Virus record (IMG/VR): IMGVR_UViG_2728369130_000006
Location: 1 to 43,199 of that record
Origin: a virus
Taxonomy: Duplodnaviria; Heunggongvirae; Uroviricota; Caudoviricetes
Reading direction: 5' to 3' (one strand)
Length of the DNA: 43,199 nt
Each line of letters starts with the position of its first letter. Within the stretch, counting starts at the first letter, position 1. The translations under genes were made by a program, and so were the position numbers. Shown here piece by piece: positions 26,996-36,025 of this stretch. A model generated the notes under the pieces. It was not told where the DNA came from and did not search any database. It saw only the letters and a program-made list of their open reading frames with translations.

Positions 26996-27205
26996 ATGAA
27001 TCCTTTGAAATTCAGGGTTTATTGGGAGTTATTACATATATGCTTTACTGTTGTCCAAGTGGTCTATATGATTCCAATAAATATTTATTTTGGGATTGAG
27101 ATATCTCCAATTGACTTATTGATAGCATTTGGTGGCACATATATAATGGTTACACACAATCAAATGTATCATGAATTTAAAGATAAATGGTTTACAAAAA
27201 GGTAG
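26996..27205 (+). CDS. Small membrane protein
   Basis: 69 aa hydrophobic ORF with an AAGGGG RBS. Confidence 0.6.
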   Translation: MNPLKFRVYWELLHICFTVVQVVYMIPINIYFGIEISPIDLLIAFGGTYIMVTHNQMYHEFKDKWFTKR

Positions 27206-27244
27206 ATGTTTTTTATATTGCTAAAGGCAACAGAGGTGTAAATA

Positions 27245-28228
27245 ATGGAACTATATAATGATGCTGTGAAAAAGAAATTTATAAAACAATTTAAAGAAGA
27301 GGAACAACCTCAGTTAATATCTATATTTAGAAAAGGTATAGAGCAAGAGAAATATTTAAATAAAGATATTTATGATTTTAATTCTAAAGAAATATTAGAA
27401 TTATTAACTTTATTAAACAGATCGACACTTTCTTCAATAATGAGTTGTTGGTCTCATATCACAAAGTATATTGATTGGGCTATTCATCAAAAAATCACAA
27501 GAGGTTCTACGAACTTGTCTAGAAATTTGAACATAAATGATGTCAGGAATTGCCTAGATAAAGGTAAAAAGCTTTATATCACTTTGGATGAGTTCAAAAT
27601 AATGTTAGAAACTTTAGTGAATCCAAGAGATAAAGCGATTTTAACTTTATTATTCGAAGGTGTTCAGGGTTATGAATATAGTGAAATATTAAACCTTAAA
27701 AGACAAGACATTGAAGAGGCAATTAAGAATAATAACGCCTTAATTGTCAAGGATAATAAATATGGTCAAAGGTACGTAAAAGTTAGTGATGAATGTCTTA
27801 AAATTTGTTTAGAATCAGCTAATCAGATTGTTTATCAAAAGAAAAATGGATGTTCACAAGCATATAAGAAAGATATTATACTATCATCTGATACTGATTA
27901 TGTTATTAAAAACAGTAGAACAGGGAAAAGTTCAGTTTCTATTATCCTTAATACAATGAGATATTTATTTTCACCTGATTTCTTTGATTACCCATATATT
28001 AATCCTACTCGAATAAAGAGGTCAGGGGTTTTGTATGAAGGCTTTAAAGTGTATAAAGAAAAAGGAAAATTAGAGACAGAAGATTACATTAATATAATTC
28101 AAAAGAGAAGCGAAAGATATGAGGATATTCATAAGAAAGTTTACAAAGTTAAAGAATATATGAATGAAGATGAGATTAAAAAATATTATGCGAAAGAGTT
28201 GGGTATGAATAGTCTTATGCTACGTTGA
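27245..28228 (+). CDS. mrpR: SPbeta MrpR (YopR)-like master repressor with degenerate tyrosine-recombinase fold
   Basis: Colinear resemblance to SPbeta YopR as recalled (NKDIYDFNS.EILEL, YIDWAI, KKLYIT, LLFEGV.G..YSE.L.L, KVS.ECL, RSG.LY, KYYA.ELG); canonical catalytic Arg and HxxR absent. Confidence 0.8.
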   Translation: MELYNDAVKKKFIKQFKEEEQPQLISIFRKGIEQEKYLNKDIYDFNSKEILELLTLLNRSTLSSIMSCWSHITKYIDWAIHQKITRGSTNLSRNLNINDVRNCLDKGKKLYITLDEFKIMLETLVNPRDKAILTLLFEGVQGYEYSEILNLKRQDIEEAIKNNNALIVKDNKYGQRYVKVSDECLKICLESANQIVYQKKNGCSQAYKKDIILSSDTDYVIKNSRTGKSSVSIILNTMRYLFSPDFFDYPYINPTRIKRSGVLYEGFKVYKEKGKLETEDYINIIQKRSERYEDIHKKVYKVKEYMNEDEIKKYYAKELGMNSLMLR

Positions 28229-28244
28229 GATAAGGAGAATTATT

Positions 28245-28421
28245 ATGAAGAATGAACAATTAGGTATTGAGTTAAATTATGTTATTACTGATCGAAAAGA
28301 TAAAGATATTACAGAGGAACAGATGGATGTTTTTGTAGATGAGCTTACAAAGCTTGTCGAATCAAAAGGGTGGGTATTTGGCGGAGGTGCAAAGATTATC
28401 AACGTAAATGAAGAGGAATAG
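28245..28421 (+). CDS. 58-aa YggL/DUF469-like protein
   Basis: AAGGAG RBS; EEQMDVFVDELTKLVESKGWVFGGG resembles the YggL core. Confidence 0.5.
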   Translation: MKNEQLGIELNYVITDRKDKDITEEQMDVFVDELTKLVESKGWVFGGGAKIINVNEEE

Positions 28422-28467
28422 TATAATTAGAAGTTGACAACCTATGGATCATATGGTATTGTGATAA

Positions 28468-28748
28468 TAGCTCACGTACCATGCTGTACGAGGAGTTCCT
28501 AAATACGCCTTTATAAGGCGTATTTTGCTCTTGACTGCTCCCACAGTCAAGATATCTTTTTGATTGTCTTGTTTTGACGATTTTTCTTCCGACGAAGAAG
28601 TGTCTACTTTTTCTCTTGCAAATATTTAACTGTTGTTTTGCTATCGAAAGTATTACCACTTAAGATAGTAAGACCGCAGGTGCGTCACCACCGTACGGTC
28701 AATATGTGTCTTATATCTTACTGATTGTTTTTGTCAGTAAGATTTTTT
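28468..28748 (+). ncRNA. Multi-hairpin structured RNA, paralogous at its 3' end to the 23354-23559 RNA
   Basis: Promoter TTGACA-17-TATTGT (28434-28462), at least 5 hairpins, terminator ATCTTACTGA..TCAGTAAGAT-TTTTT. Confidence 0.6.
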
Positions 28749-29273
28749 GTTCATTAATACAGTAAATCACAGTATAGTGTGTAAATAATGTTGTTTGTCA
28801 ATTGTTGGAGTTATAGCAATCGCCCTGCAAGATGCATCTTTTCCTTTCCTCGCATGGATACTCCTTTTGATTTTGACTGTATGTTATTTTATCCTCAAAA
28901 ACAGACATTCCAGTATCAAGTACCTTTGGATAATCCTTCTATAGCAGTCATATACTCTCTATACATTCTTATTCAGAAATACTAAAAGGGAACAGTTCTA
29001 GCTCCTCCTTTGTAGTTCACTCCAATTTAATGTCCGATTGAAGGTGATTTTTCCTTAAAATTGAGAACAATCCATTTTTGTATTCCTGTACAATCGATGT
29101 AGCTTTGTATCCAATTTTTTATTGGTGAAATGACATTTACTGTTGAATGATTTATTTCTATGTGTTAATTTGAATAAGAAGGGAGGGTTGGAAGATAAAT
29201 ACTTTTGATTATATCTGAAATTTCGGACATTTGCATCAAGACAAGTCACCCAGTTTAATATAAACTTGAAAGG

Positions 29274-29911
29274 GTGGTAAGTATGAAAAAAGTAATTTTG
29301 TCATCGATCGCATCTGTGGCGTTGATTTTTACACTATTTTTTGTTCCTGCTACAAACTCGTCAGCAAGTGAATTGGATGCAGATGTTAATTCTGGATTAG
29401 CAGAAGGTGAAGTAGTTGTTGATACTTACACGAATTTTACACCTGACAACGAGACAATAGGTGAAGAGATCCTTTTTGGAGAAGATAATTCCGATAATTC
29501 ATTTACTCCATTAGTAAGAAGCTTAATGTGGTTTGGGGTTTCTAAAACTTATCAAGGCCATTCATATAGCTCATGGAAATATGCTGGAGCTTCTACGGTA
29601 AGTGGGGGGGAAGATTAACTGCATCTCATACTAAAACTGTCGCTAATAGATATTCTGGTACACTTAAAATTCCGTTTAGAGATTTGGAGGGTATGGTTGG
29701 TTTTGATGTTACGGACTCGTGGTCGCAAACAGTAGGTTTTGTGTCTAAGGAATATAAGAGTGGAAGATATCGTTTAGAATATAGACATGTATACAAAAAG
29801 TATAAGGTTAAACAAGAACAAAAGTATCATCCCCGTTCAAAAGTTTACGCTACTAAATATGTGTACCCGCAAAGATGGGTAGAGCGTCAATATAGAGTGG
29901 TTAAATTCTAA
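29274..29911 (+). pseudogene. Secreted protein gene frameshifted at a G7 tract (29604-29610)
   Basis: Signal peptide in ORF 29274-29618; the second half continues in another frame to 29911; G5 or G8 fuses them into ~212 aa. Confidence 0.7.
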
Positions 29912-29932
29912 AATGAAAAGAGCAATAAATTT

Positions 29933-30160
29933 ATGATTAAAAGTATTTTAGGTTCCGTTTTTTTATTAATATCAGCTATGTTTTATTCGACTAGGTATAT
30001 TTGTGCTTCAATTGGTGTTTCAAATAGTGACACTTGGTCTGTGGAGGAATTTAATGTTCTTCTTGAGAATGTTCCTAATAACTTATTGATATTGAGTATT
30101 ATATCTTTATTAATAGGGTTGGTATTTATTGTGTGGAGTATTCTAGATCGACCTAAATAG
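29933..30160 (+). CDS. Small two-TM membrane protein (immunity-like)
   Basis: 75 aa directly after the secreted-protein gene; terminator at ~30175-30206. Confidence 0.65.
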   Translation: MIKSILGSVFLLISAMFYSTRYICASIGVSNSDTWSVEEFNVLLENVPNNLLILSIISLLIGLVFIVWSILDRPK

Positions 30161-30339
30161 TAAAGAAGCTTTGAAAATCAGCGTCCATTTGGTATGCTGA
30201 TTTTTATGGATATAAGCATGATAAATAAGGTGTTGTATAAGATAGTCAAGATTAAGGCCTTCATTTAAATTTGTAACAACTTTCTTTTTGTCTTATCAGC
30301 ATAGAATATTTTGAATGAGAAGAGTGGGGTTATAACGCT

Positions 30340-30553
30340 ATGATATATGTCAAGCCAGATAAGATCGATGAAATATTAAATGATCGTGGATGGTCAAGAA
30401 ATAGGTTAGCTCAAGAGACAGGTTTAAGACCCGGCCGTTATTAGTGAGTTGTGCAATAATGGCAGAACGACAATAAACCGTTCAACCTTATACAAAATTA
30501 TGAAGACGCTAGGGATTAAAGATATGAATGAAGTGTTGGAAATTAGAGAATAA
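30340..30553 (+). pseudogene. Cro/CI-type (XRE) HTH regulator with a +1 frameshift
   Basis: Removing one C at 30430-30432 gives MIYVKPDKIDEILNDRGWSRNRLAQETGLRPAVISELCNNGRTTINRSTLYKIMKTLGIKDMNEVLEIRE. Confidence 0.75.
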
Positions 30554-30655
30554 AATTTATGGTGGGTTGGCGAATTTAAAGAGGGTTTAATTTGCTTTGC
30601 TTATTTGCTATAATAAAATATAAGACAATAATAGTGAAGTGAGGTTATGTAGATT

Positions 30656-30826
30656 TTGACCATTTCAGATAAAAATGATCGAATGACTATTATTATCCCA
30701 AAATCATTAAAGAATAAGTTGAGAGAGGTTGCCGCCTCAGAGAATAGGAGTATGGGAAATTTAGTTGTAAAAATTGTAGAGGAATACATAGAGAATCAGA
30801 AGAATGATAAATCAGTTAATGATTAA
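30656..30826 (+). CDS. Ribbon-helix-helix (CopG/Arc-like) DNA-binding protein, 56 aa
   Basis: TTG start after GAGGT; RMTIIIPKSLKNKLREVAASENRSMGNLVVKIVEEYI is an RHH pattern. Confidence 0.75.
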   Translation: MTISDKNDRMTIIIPKSLKNKLREVAASENRSMGNLVVKIVEEYIENQKNDKSVND

Positions 30827-31473
30827 TAGTCTGATTATATATCCACGAAAGCGGTTGAAATAGAATACTGTCAATAGAGTATATTTTATGTATGAATGGA
30901 AAGAACTAAATTTTTGCTTGTTTTATGCACAGGGGTAAACCCTGTCTGTAGAGAAGGTTTTAATATGGTTAAAAGTATACCCCCGTCAATAGAAGGGTTT
31001 TTCTTATGGATTGGAATAATGTCTATAAAGAGGGTTTGTACGTGTGAAAAAAGGTGAAAAATAGAGGAGTTTAGGTGGAATAAAATGGATATTTGTTGAA
31101 AACACCCGCAGGGTGTGGGGGTGGAAGAGCTATACGGGTTTTGGGATTGGGGCTTTTCTTTTTTGGTGAAAAGTACCCCCATAACGTACATTATGTGTTA
31201 CTTTGTTGCGTTTTCTCTTTATTTTTGCGCTTGCTCCTGTAGGTTTATTTTTTCTTTAAAAGGATTCTTTGAATTTTCCTATATTCCCGATTTCCCAAAA
31301 TGTGGGGAATGTCCCTATATCCGGTTTTCTAAAAATGTGGGGGAAAATATGTGTATACGCACGTACACATGTTTAATAACAGACTGCGGGCGCTCATCTA
31401 TCCCACAAAACCCCACAACTCCGTTGTGTCTAAATCCGAATCCTCAAAATTCCCCAAAAATAAAAAGCACCCT

Positions 31474-32601
31474 TTACATAGGATACTTTTCCATATGCTC
31501 ACGCATTTTACTAGCCTTCACATCTATTAAAATATGGTCTCCGTTATGTGTGTAATCATCTGCATAAGTTGAGATAGGTAAACAGTCCTCAACTTCAATA
31601 ATTTCATCAATTATATGACTTACACTTACTTTGTATTTTCCATTTTCAAAACACATTGGGCAAGGGACATCTATTTCTTTTTCTGATCTCTTTAACCACG
31701 CTTTATATTTTCCACTTCCTGAACATAAAGGACAATCAATATATTCATCATGGTTTACTTCTTCATGAATGATTACATCTTCTATCATGCTCATGTGATA
31801 CTTGCCGTTCGCTCTCTGCTTGATCTGTATCTTGTCATTATCATCATCAATGAACATATCATATCTTATATCGTTAGTATGTATATGCTTCTCTTCCAAT
31901 TGCCTGATACATCTGTCCATGATGTCCTTTGTTTCAACACTTCCATAGTAACGTGAAGGTATTAGATGGGTAACGCCTTGATACTCGACAGCCCTAAACA
32001 GTACACGAGCCAACAATAAACCTTCCATATCTTCAAGGTCATCTATGTTCTTATGCAACATCCCAATATATAGGCCATTATCATATAGCGCACCTGCAAG
32101 ATGTACACTATCTTCATGATCAGGATACTGACAAGATTCAAATGTATCAGAATAAAATGTCATTCCTGTAATGTGTTGTGGTAGGTCGCTGATAGTGAAA
32201 TAATATTTCTCTTTCCCCGTTTTAACCTGTGCGGAATATGCGTCTATTATATCCTGCGTATATCCTTGTTTCTTTAACCATTTCCCAAGCCTGATTGTTC
32301 TGCCTTCATAAACAATTCTGTTACTTTTCCATTCTTCAATAGATGGATAATAACTTGTATCAGCAGGCAACATATTTACAAAGTTATCATATTCTTGAAT
32401 GGAATCTATACAACACTCATAGATTCCAGTAAACCCATGATGTAACCTTTCCTCATATGCGCTTTCTACATCTATATCTTTCGTATACTCTCCATAATCT
32501 AAAATATTCTGCGCTTCCTCAAAGTTAGCTTTTACTAAATCTTTTAAGTTATAAACCTTTGCACCTGATCTAAGAATATTGAAAGGCTTTATATCTTGCA
32601 T
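31474..32601 (-). CDS. Hypothetical phage protein with DnaJ-like zinc finger
   Basis: 375 aa; CPLCSGSG and CPMCFENG; AAAAGGAG RBS. Confidence 0.7.
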   Translation of the reverse strand: MQDIKPFNILRSGAKVYNLKDLVKANFEEAQNILDYGEYTKDIDVESAYEERLHHGFTGIYECCIDSIQEYDNFVNMLPADTSYYPSIEEWKSNRIVYEGRTIRLGKWLKKQGYTQDIIDAYSAQVKTGKEKYYFTISDLPQHITGMTFYSDTFESCQYPDHEDSVHLAGALYDNGLYIGMLHKNIDDLEDMEGLLLARVLFRAVEYQGVTHLIPSRYYGSVETKDIMDRCIRQLEEKHIHTNDIRYDMFIDDDNDKIQIKQRANGKYHMSMIEDVIIHEEVNHDEYIDCPLCSGSGKYKAWLKRSEKEIDVPCPMCFENGKYKVSVSHIIDEIIEVEDCLPISTYADDYTHNGDHILIDVKASKMREHMEKYPM

Positions 32602-32677
32602 TTTTGAAGGTTCTCCTTTTATGTTTTATTATTCATCCTTCACAATAAACCGCTATTATTCTTAATTCTGGATTTTG

Positions 32678-32744
32678 CTATTTCTTGCACAGAAAACAAA
32701 ACAAAATCCAGAAGGGGAGTAGGAGAAAAATTTGACCCACCCCC
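32678..32744 (+). repeat. Bipartite direct repeat, copy 1
   Basis: CTATTTCTTGCAC...AAAATCCAG...AAAAATTTGACCCACCCCC, matching 38653-38720. Confidence 0.8.
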
Positions 32745-32789
32745 ATTTATTTAATATATCATTATTAATTAGTTTTATGGTGCGAATCA

Positions 32790-33266
32790 TTAATAAATAA
32801 TTTTATCAACGCCGTTTAATACTTCCATCAAACTGCAATATTCTCCAGCATGTTTATTATATAATTCGCTTTTATAAACCTTTTCCCAGGAATCTTTTTT
32901 CTTTGCTTCCATAATTAATTGTAGATCGTTTTTATTCCAATGTTTTTTATTTCTTTTCTTTTTCATTTCATTTCGTATTTGAGAATATTCCTTTGTAACT
33001 TCTGTTTTATCTGCAAAGAATTGAAGATTCAGTTTTTGATATGCTTCACGACTGTTTTTTGTTTGTTTTCTTGCTTTTGCAAACTGTTTCGCTAGTGCGG
33101 ACTGACTAACCTTTTTTGTAACTTCTTTAGTCACTTTTACAAAGAACGGTTTTAAAGCTTCGATCAATTCCGCTTTTCTCATTTTTGAGCGGTTAGGGAT
33201 TTCTTTTTCTTGTGCCAGTTTATACAATTCCTTTGCGTTCATTTCAGTTAGTTTTTTCATGTTCAA
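32790..33266 (-). CDS. Rho N-terminal-like domain protein with internal LNLQFFA motif
   Basis: MNAKELYKLAQEKEIPNRSKMRKAELIEAL (Rho_N); KLNLQFFAD. Confidence 0.75.
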   Translation of the reverse strand: MNMKKLTEMNAKELYKLAQEKEIPNRSKMRKAELIEALKPFFVKVTKEVTKKVSQSALAKQFAKARKQTKNSREAYQKLNLQFFADKTEVTKEYSQIRNEMKKKRNKKHWNKNDLQLIMEAKKKDSWEKVYKSELYNKHAGEYCSLMEVLNGVDKIIY

Positions 33267-33318
33267 AACATCTCCTTTTGTGTTTTACGATTTTATGTAA
33301 AAGAGGGGAAATCCCTTT

Positions 33319-33651
33319 TTAAATAGGGTGTGCATAATTACAAAATGTTTCAGTATCACTGCTTTGATTCGTTTCACGAGCATCATATTCACAATGACAA
33401 TCTTCCTTGTAATAAACACCCCAATACCTTTCAATCGGGTTGTAAACAATCCAATGATCAAAGATGTAGTACGTGTAACTATCTTTACGATATCTTTCTA
33501 AATAATCGCCAACAATATCATAAATTTGAGAAAGTAAACCTGATGGTGATGCGTGCGGGTTTTCTATAATACCTGCCAACACTGTTCCACGTTGCTCAAA
33601 ATCTAAAGTTGCACGATATTCACTATTTGACATCCATTCAGTTTTTTTCAT
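33319..33651 (-). CDS. Hypothetical protein
   Basis: 110 aa, AAAGGGG RBS, own promoter. Confidence 0.65.
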   Translation of the reverse strand: MKKTEWMSNSEYRATLDFEQRGTVLAGIIENPHASPSGLLSQIYDIVGDYLERYRKDSYTYYIFDHWIVYNPIERYWGVYYKEDCHCEYDARETNQSSDTETFCNYAHPI

Positions 33652-33701
33652 TTTTTATTTCCCCTTTCGGCTACCTTATAATTAAATTATATAGTATAAC
33701 A

Positions 33702-33720
33702 AATCTGTTGTCAAAAGATT
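33702..33720 (-). promoter_or_regulatory. Palindromic operator on a -35 box (copy a of 8)
   Basis: AATCTGTTGTCAAAAGATT; minus-strand TTGACA-17-TATAAT. Confidence 0.75.
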
Positions 33721-33733
33721 AGGGGATAAAATC

Positions 33734-34051
33734 TTAAAAATCTTCTTTTCTTAAATAATTTATATATTTTGGTGGAATTGGATTATAAGTACATACTTCA
33801 TATTCACATGTTTTTTCAACCTTAAAATTTTCTGGAATATTGACTTTTAATGTATGCAAATTCCCTTCATAATCTTCAAATTCATTTCCTAGCCATCCAT
33901 ACAAAGCGTTCGTTAAATCATCAATAGTAGGGAATAGATATATCGCAGGATGTTTTTCTATTTTTATTGATCTTTCACCTATCAACGGTTTTAAACCGTC
34001 TTTTAATATGCTGTCTAGACTTTCGTCAGTTGTCACATGATACAAGATCAT
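33734..34051 (-). CDS. Small ADP-ribosyltransferase-fold protein (Tpt1/DUF952-like)
   Basis: LYHVT..SLDSILKDGLKP, IYLF, E.....PIPPKYI pattern. Confidence 0.6.
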   Translation of the reverse strand: MILYHVTTDESLDSILKDGLKPLIGERSIKIEKHPAIYLFPTIDDLTNALYGWLGNEFEDYEGNLHTLKVNIPENFKVEKTCEYEVCTYNPIPPKYINYLRKEDF

Positions 34052-34548
34052 TATTTGCTCCTTTTCGTTACTTTTACAAATTCCCCATATTCATTAGATA
34101 CAATATTCACCGTATCACCTTTTTTAATTCCTGCTTTTTTAGCTTCATCAGGTAGTAAGAAATAATCTGATCCATCAGTTACGCTTTTAAAGTTATAGTT
34201 ACCGTCATCATCAATTTTATCGAATTTGTATTTGTCTACATGATTAAATCTTGAATCTGTCCCACTATCGGTTTTTTGATAGATTTCTTTTTCGGATTTT
34301 CCTTTATTATCATAAGTATATAAGATGTCTTTCAAGTCTTCGGATTCTTTATAGGAATAAACTTCTTTATTCAATGCCTTGCCTAGTAATTTTTCGCGAT
34401 AGTCAATTTCATTATTTTGATCTAGTGTGATTTTCTTGTATGTAAGTGCCTCTTCTTTCCATGAATGAGCATCAATAGCAAAATAAACGATAAGACCGAC
34501 AGCAACCAAACCCAGAACAAAAGTGATCATATTTTTTACGTTTTTCAT
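34051..34548 (-). CDS. Membrane-anchored hypothetical protein
   Basis: N-terminal TM helix, 165 aa. Confidence 0.7.
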   Translation of the reverse strand: MKNVKNMITFVLGLVAVGLIVYFAIDAHSWKEEALTYKKITLDQNNEIDYREKLLGKALNKEVYSYKESEDLKDILYTYDNKGKSEKEIYQKTDSGTDSRFNHVDKYKFDKIDDDGNYNFKSVTDGSDYFLLPDEAKKAGIKKGDTVNIVSNEYGEFVKVTKRSK

Positions 34549-34623
34549 AATTAATCGCTCTCCCTTGTGTTTAAATTATATAATTATTTATATCATTTTA
34601 CTATTTTTAATGAAATATTGTCA

Positions 34624-34908
34624 TTACATATATCCATTTTCAGTTAAAACTTTTCTGTTTTCTGGCGTATCCAATATATACCATCCATCGTATTCTTCAT
34701 GTTCGATTGTAAATAATTTGTATCCGTCCTTTAATGCTTGCTTTCCTGCGTCCGTGTCGTTGATAAACCTTTTCATACCATATGCGTCCAGACAATCAAT
34801 CTTTTGTATCACTGTAACTAAACCTTCATTAAAAACAGTGTAACCTCTCTTTAATTCAGTAACAGAATACCCTTCTTTTTCTGAAATTTGCTCGTATAAA
34901 GTTTTCAT
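34624..34908 (-). CDS. Hypothetical protein
   Basis: 94 aa with an AAGAGTG RBS. Confidence 0.65.
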   Translation of the reverse strand: MKTLYEQISEKEGYSVTELKRGYTVFNEGLVTVIQKIDCLDAYGMKRFINDTDAGKQALKDGYKLFTIEHEEYDGWYILDTPENRKVLTENGYM

Positions 34909-35211
34909 AATAAATCACTCCTTTTTATTTATTGTTCATTATTAATTGGTTTTGTTGTGTTTTTTAAAATTGATATTTACTTTTTTACCTTTAGGCAATT
35001 CTTTTTTAGTCAAGTTTACAAATGGTTCTTTTTTAAGATTGATCATTGTAACCACTCCTTTATGTATATTTTCTGACTATCCTAAGTATATATATATTTT
35101 TAAATCATTTGTCAACAGATTAATTATAATAAAAGTTAGATTTTATATTCTAGGCCAAAATTATTTACACAACATGTGAAAATTTCACTTCATATATTGC
35201 CCGAGTTATAA

Positions 35212-35454
35212 TCATTTGATTATTCCTTTCTGTTTAAAATATGTATTTAATAGTTGATGCACCTTTTCCATACTATCCATCATGTCAGGATACACTGTAT
35301 GAAATACTTCTAGGTCATACTCTTCTAAGAGAACATTTTCTAATGATTCGTACTTCTCATCAATTTCTAATTCATATTCCCTAGCTACCATTAGCATTGA
35401 TTTAAATGCGTGAATTAAATCCATTTCATTTAATGATTGTTTTACTTTCTTCAT
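35212..35454 (-). CDS. Hypothetical protein
   Basis: 80 aa with an AAGGAG RBS. Confidence 0.65.
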   Translation of the reverse strand: MKKVKQSLNEMDLIHAFKSMLMVAREYELEIDEKYESLENVLLEEYDLEVFHTVYPDMMDSMEKVHQLLNTYFKQKGIIK

Positions 35455-35524
35455 TTTTCATTCTCCTTATAATTGTTTTTATTCTGCTCACAATATGAAT
35501 TATGAGCAGATAAAGACAATTATT

Positions 35525-35935
35525 TTAGAAAGGAGAGTATCCGCATTTATCAAAAATCGGTTCTAAATCTCCTTCATATTTTTCATATATTTCTTGATTG
35601 TTTTTGAACCAAATATGAGAATCAATAAAGTTTGTATACGTTTCAAAGTCTTCATAAACATCTAATGTTTTTAATTCATCAGCTTTGTCATATTCTTCAT
35701 TATCTTCTAATTCTTCAATTTTGTTTTGAATAAAGTCGTTAATTTCGCTTAGTGTTAACTGAAAGTTAGCATCTAAAAGACCATTGAGCGTTATTTTTTC
35801 ATTTTCGCCGTAATTTTCATTATGATACTTGATAATATCTGAAAAATCTCTTTCAATACTTTCTAACGCCTGCAAATCTAACCAACCACAATCCAATAAT
35901 TTTACTAATAAAGTTTTCGCTTGTTCTAATTTCAT
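35525..35935 (-). CDS. Hypothetical acidic protein
   Basis: 136 aa with an AAAGGA RBS, downstream of an operator-bearing promoter. Confidence 0.7.
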   Translation of the reverse strand: MKLEQAKTLLVKLLDCGWLDLQALESIERDFSDIIKYHNENYGENEKITLNGLLDANFQLTLSEINDFIQNKIEELEDNEEYDKADELKTLDVYEDFETYTNFIDSHIWFKNNQEIYEKYEGDLEPIFDKCGYSPF

Positions 35936-35993
35936 GTTTTATCATCCTTTTTATGTTGGTTTTGTTTAACTGTCTTTATTATATAACGGGTTC

Positions 35994-36012
35994 AATCTGT
36001 TGTCAACAGATT
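35994..36012 (-). promoter_or_regulatory. Perfect palindromic operator on a -35 box
   Basis: AATCTGTTG-T-CAACAGATT; minus-strand TTGACA-17-TATAAT. Confidence 0.8.
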
Positions 36013-36025
36013 ATAAGAAATATTT

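Noticed and set aside
28399-29249. ORFs 28399-28659, 28788-28985 and 29055-29249, and a hydrophobic 49-codon frame from 28795
   Set aside because: They overlap structured RNA or lack RBSs; the hydrophobic frame may be a gene remnant but is unsupported
30886-31555. ORFs 30886-31191 and 31115-31555
   Set aside because: They translate low-complexity G/C-run DNA in a convergent intergenic zone, with no RBS
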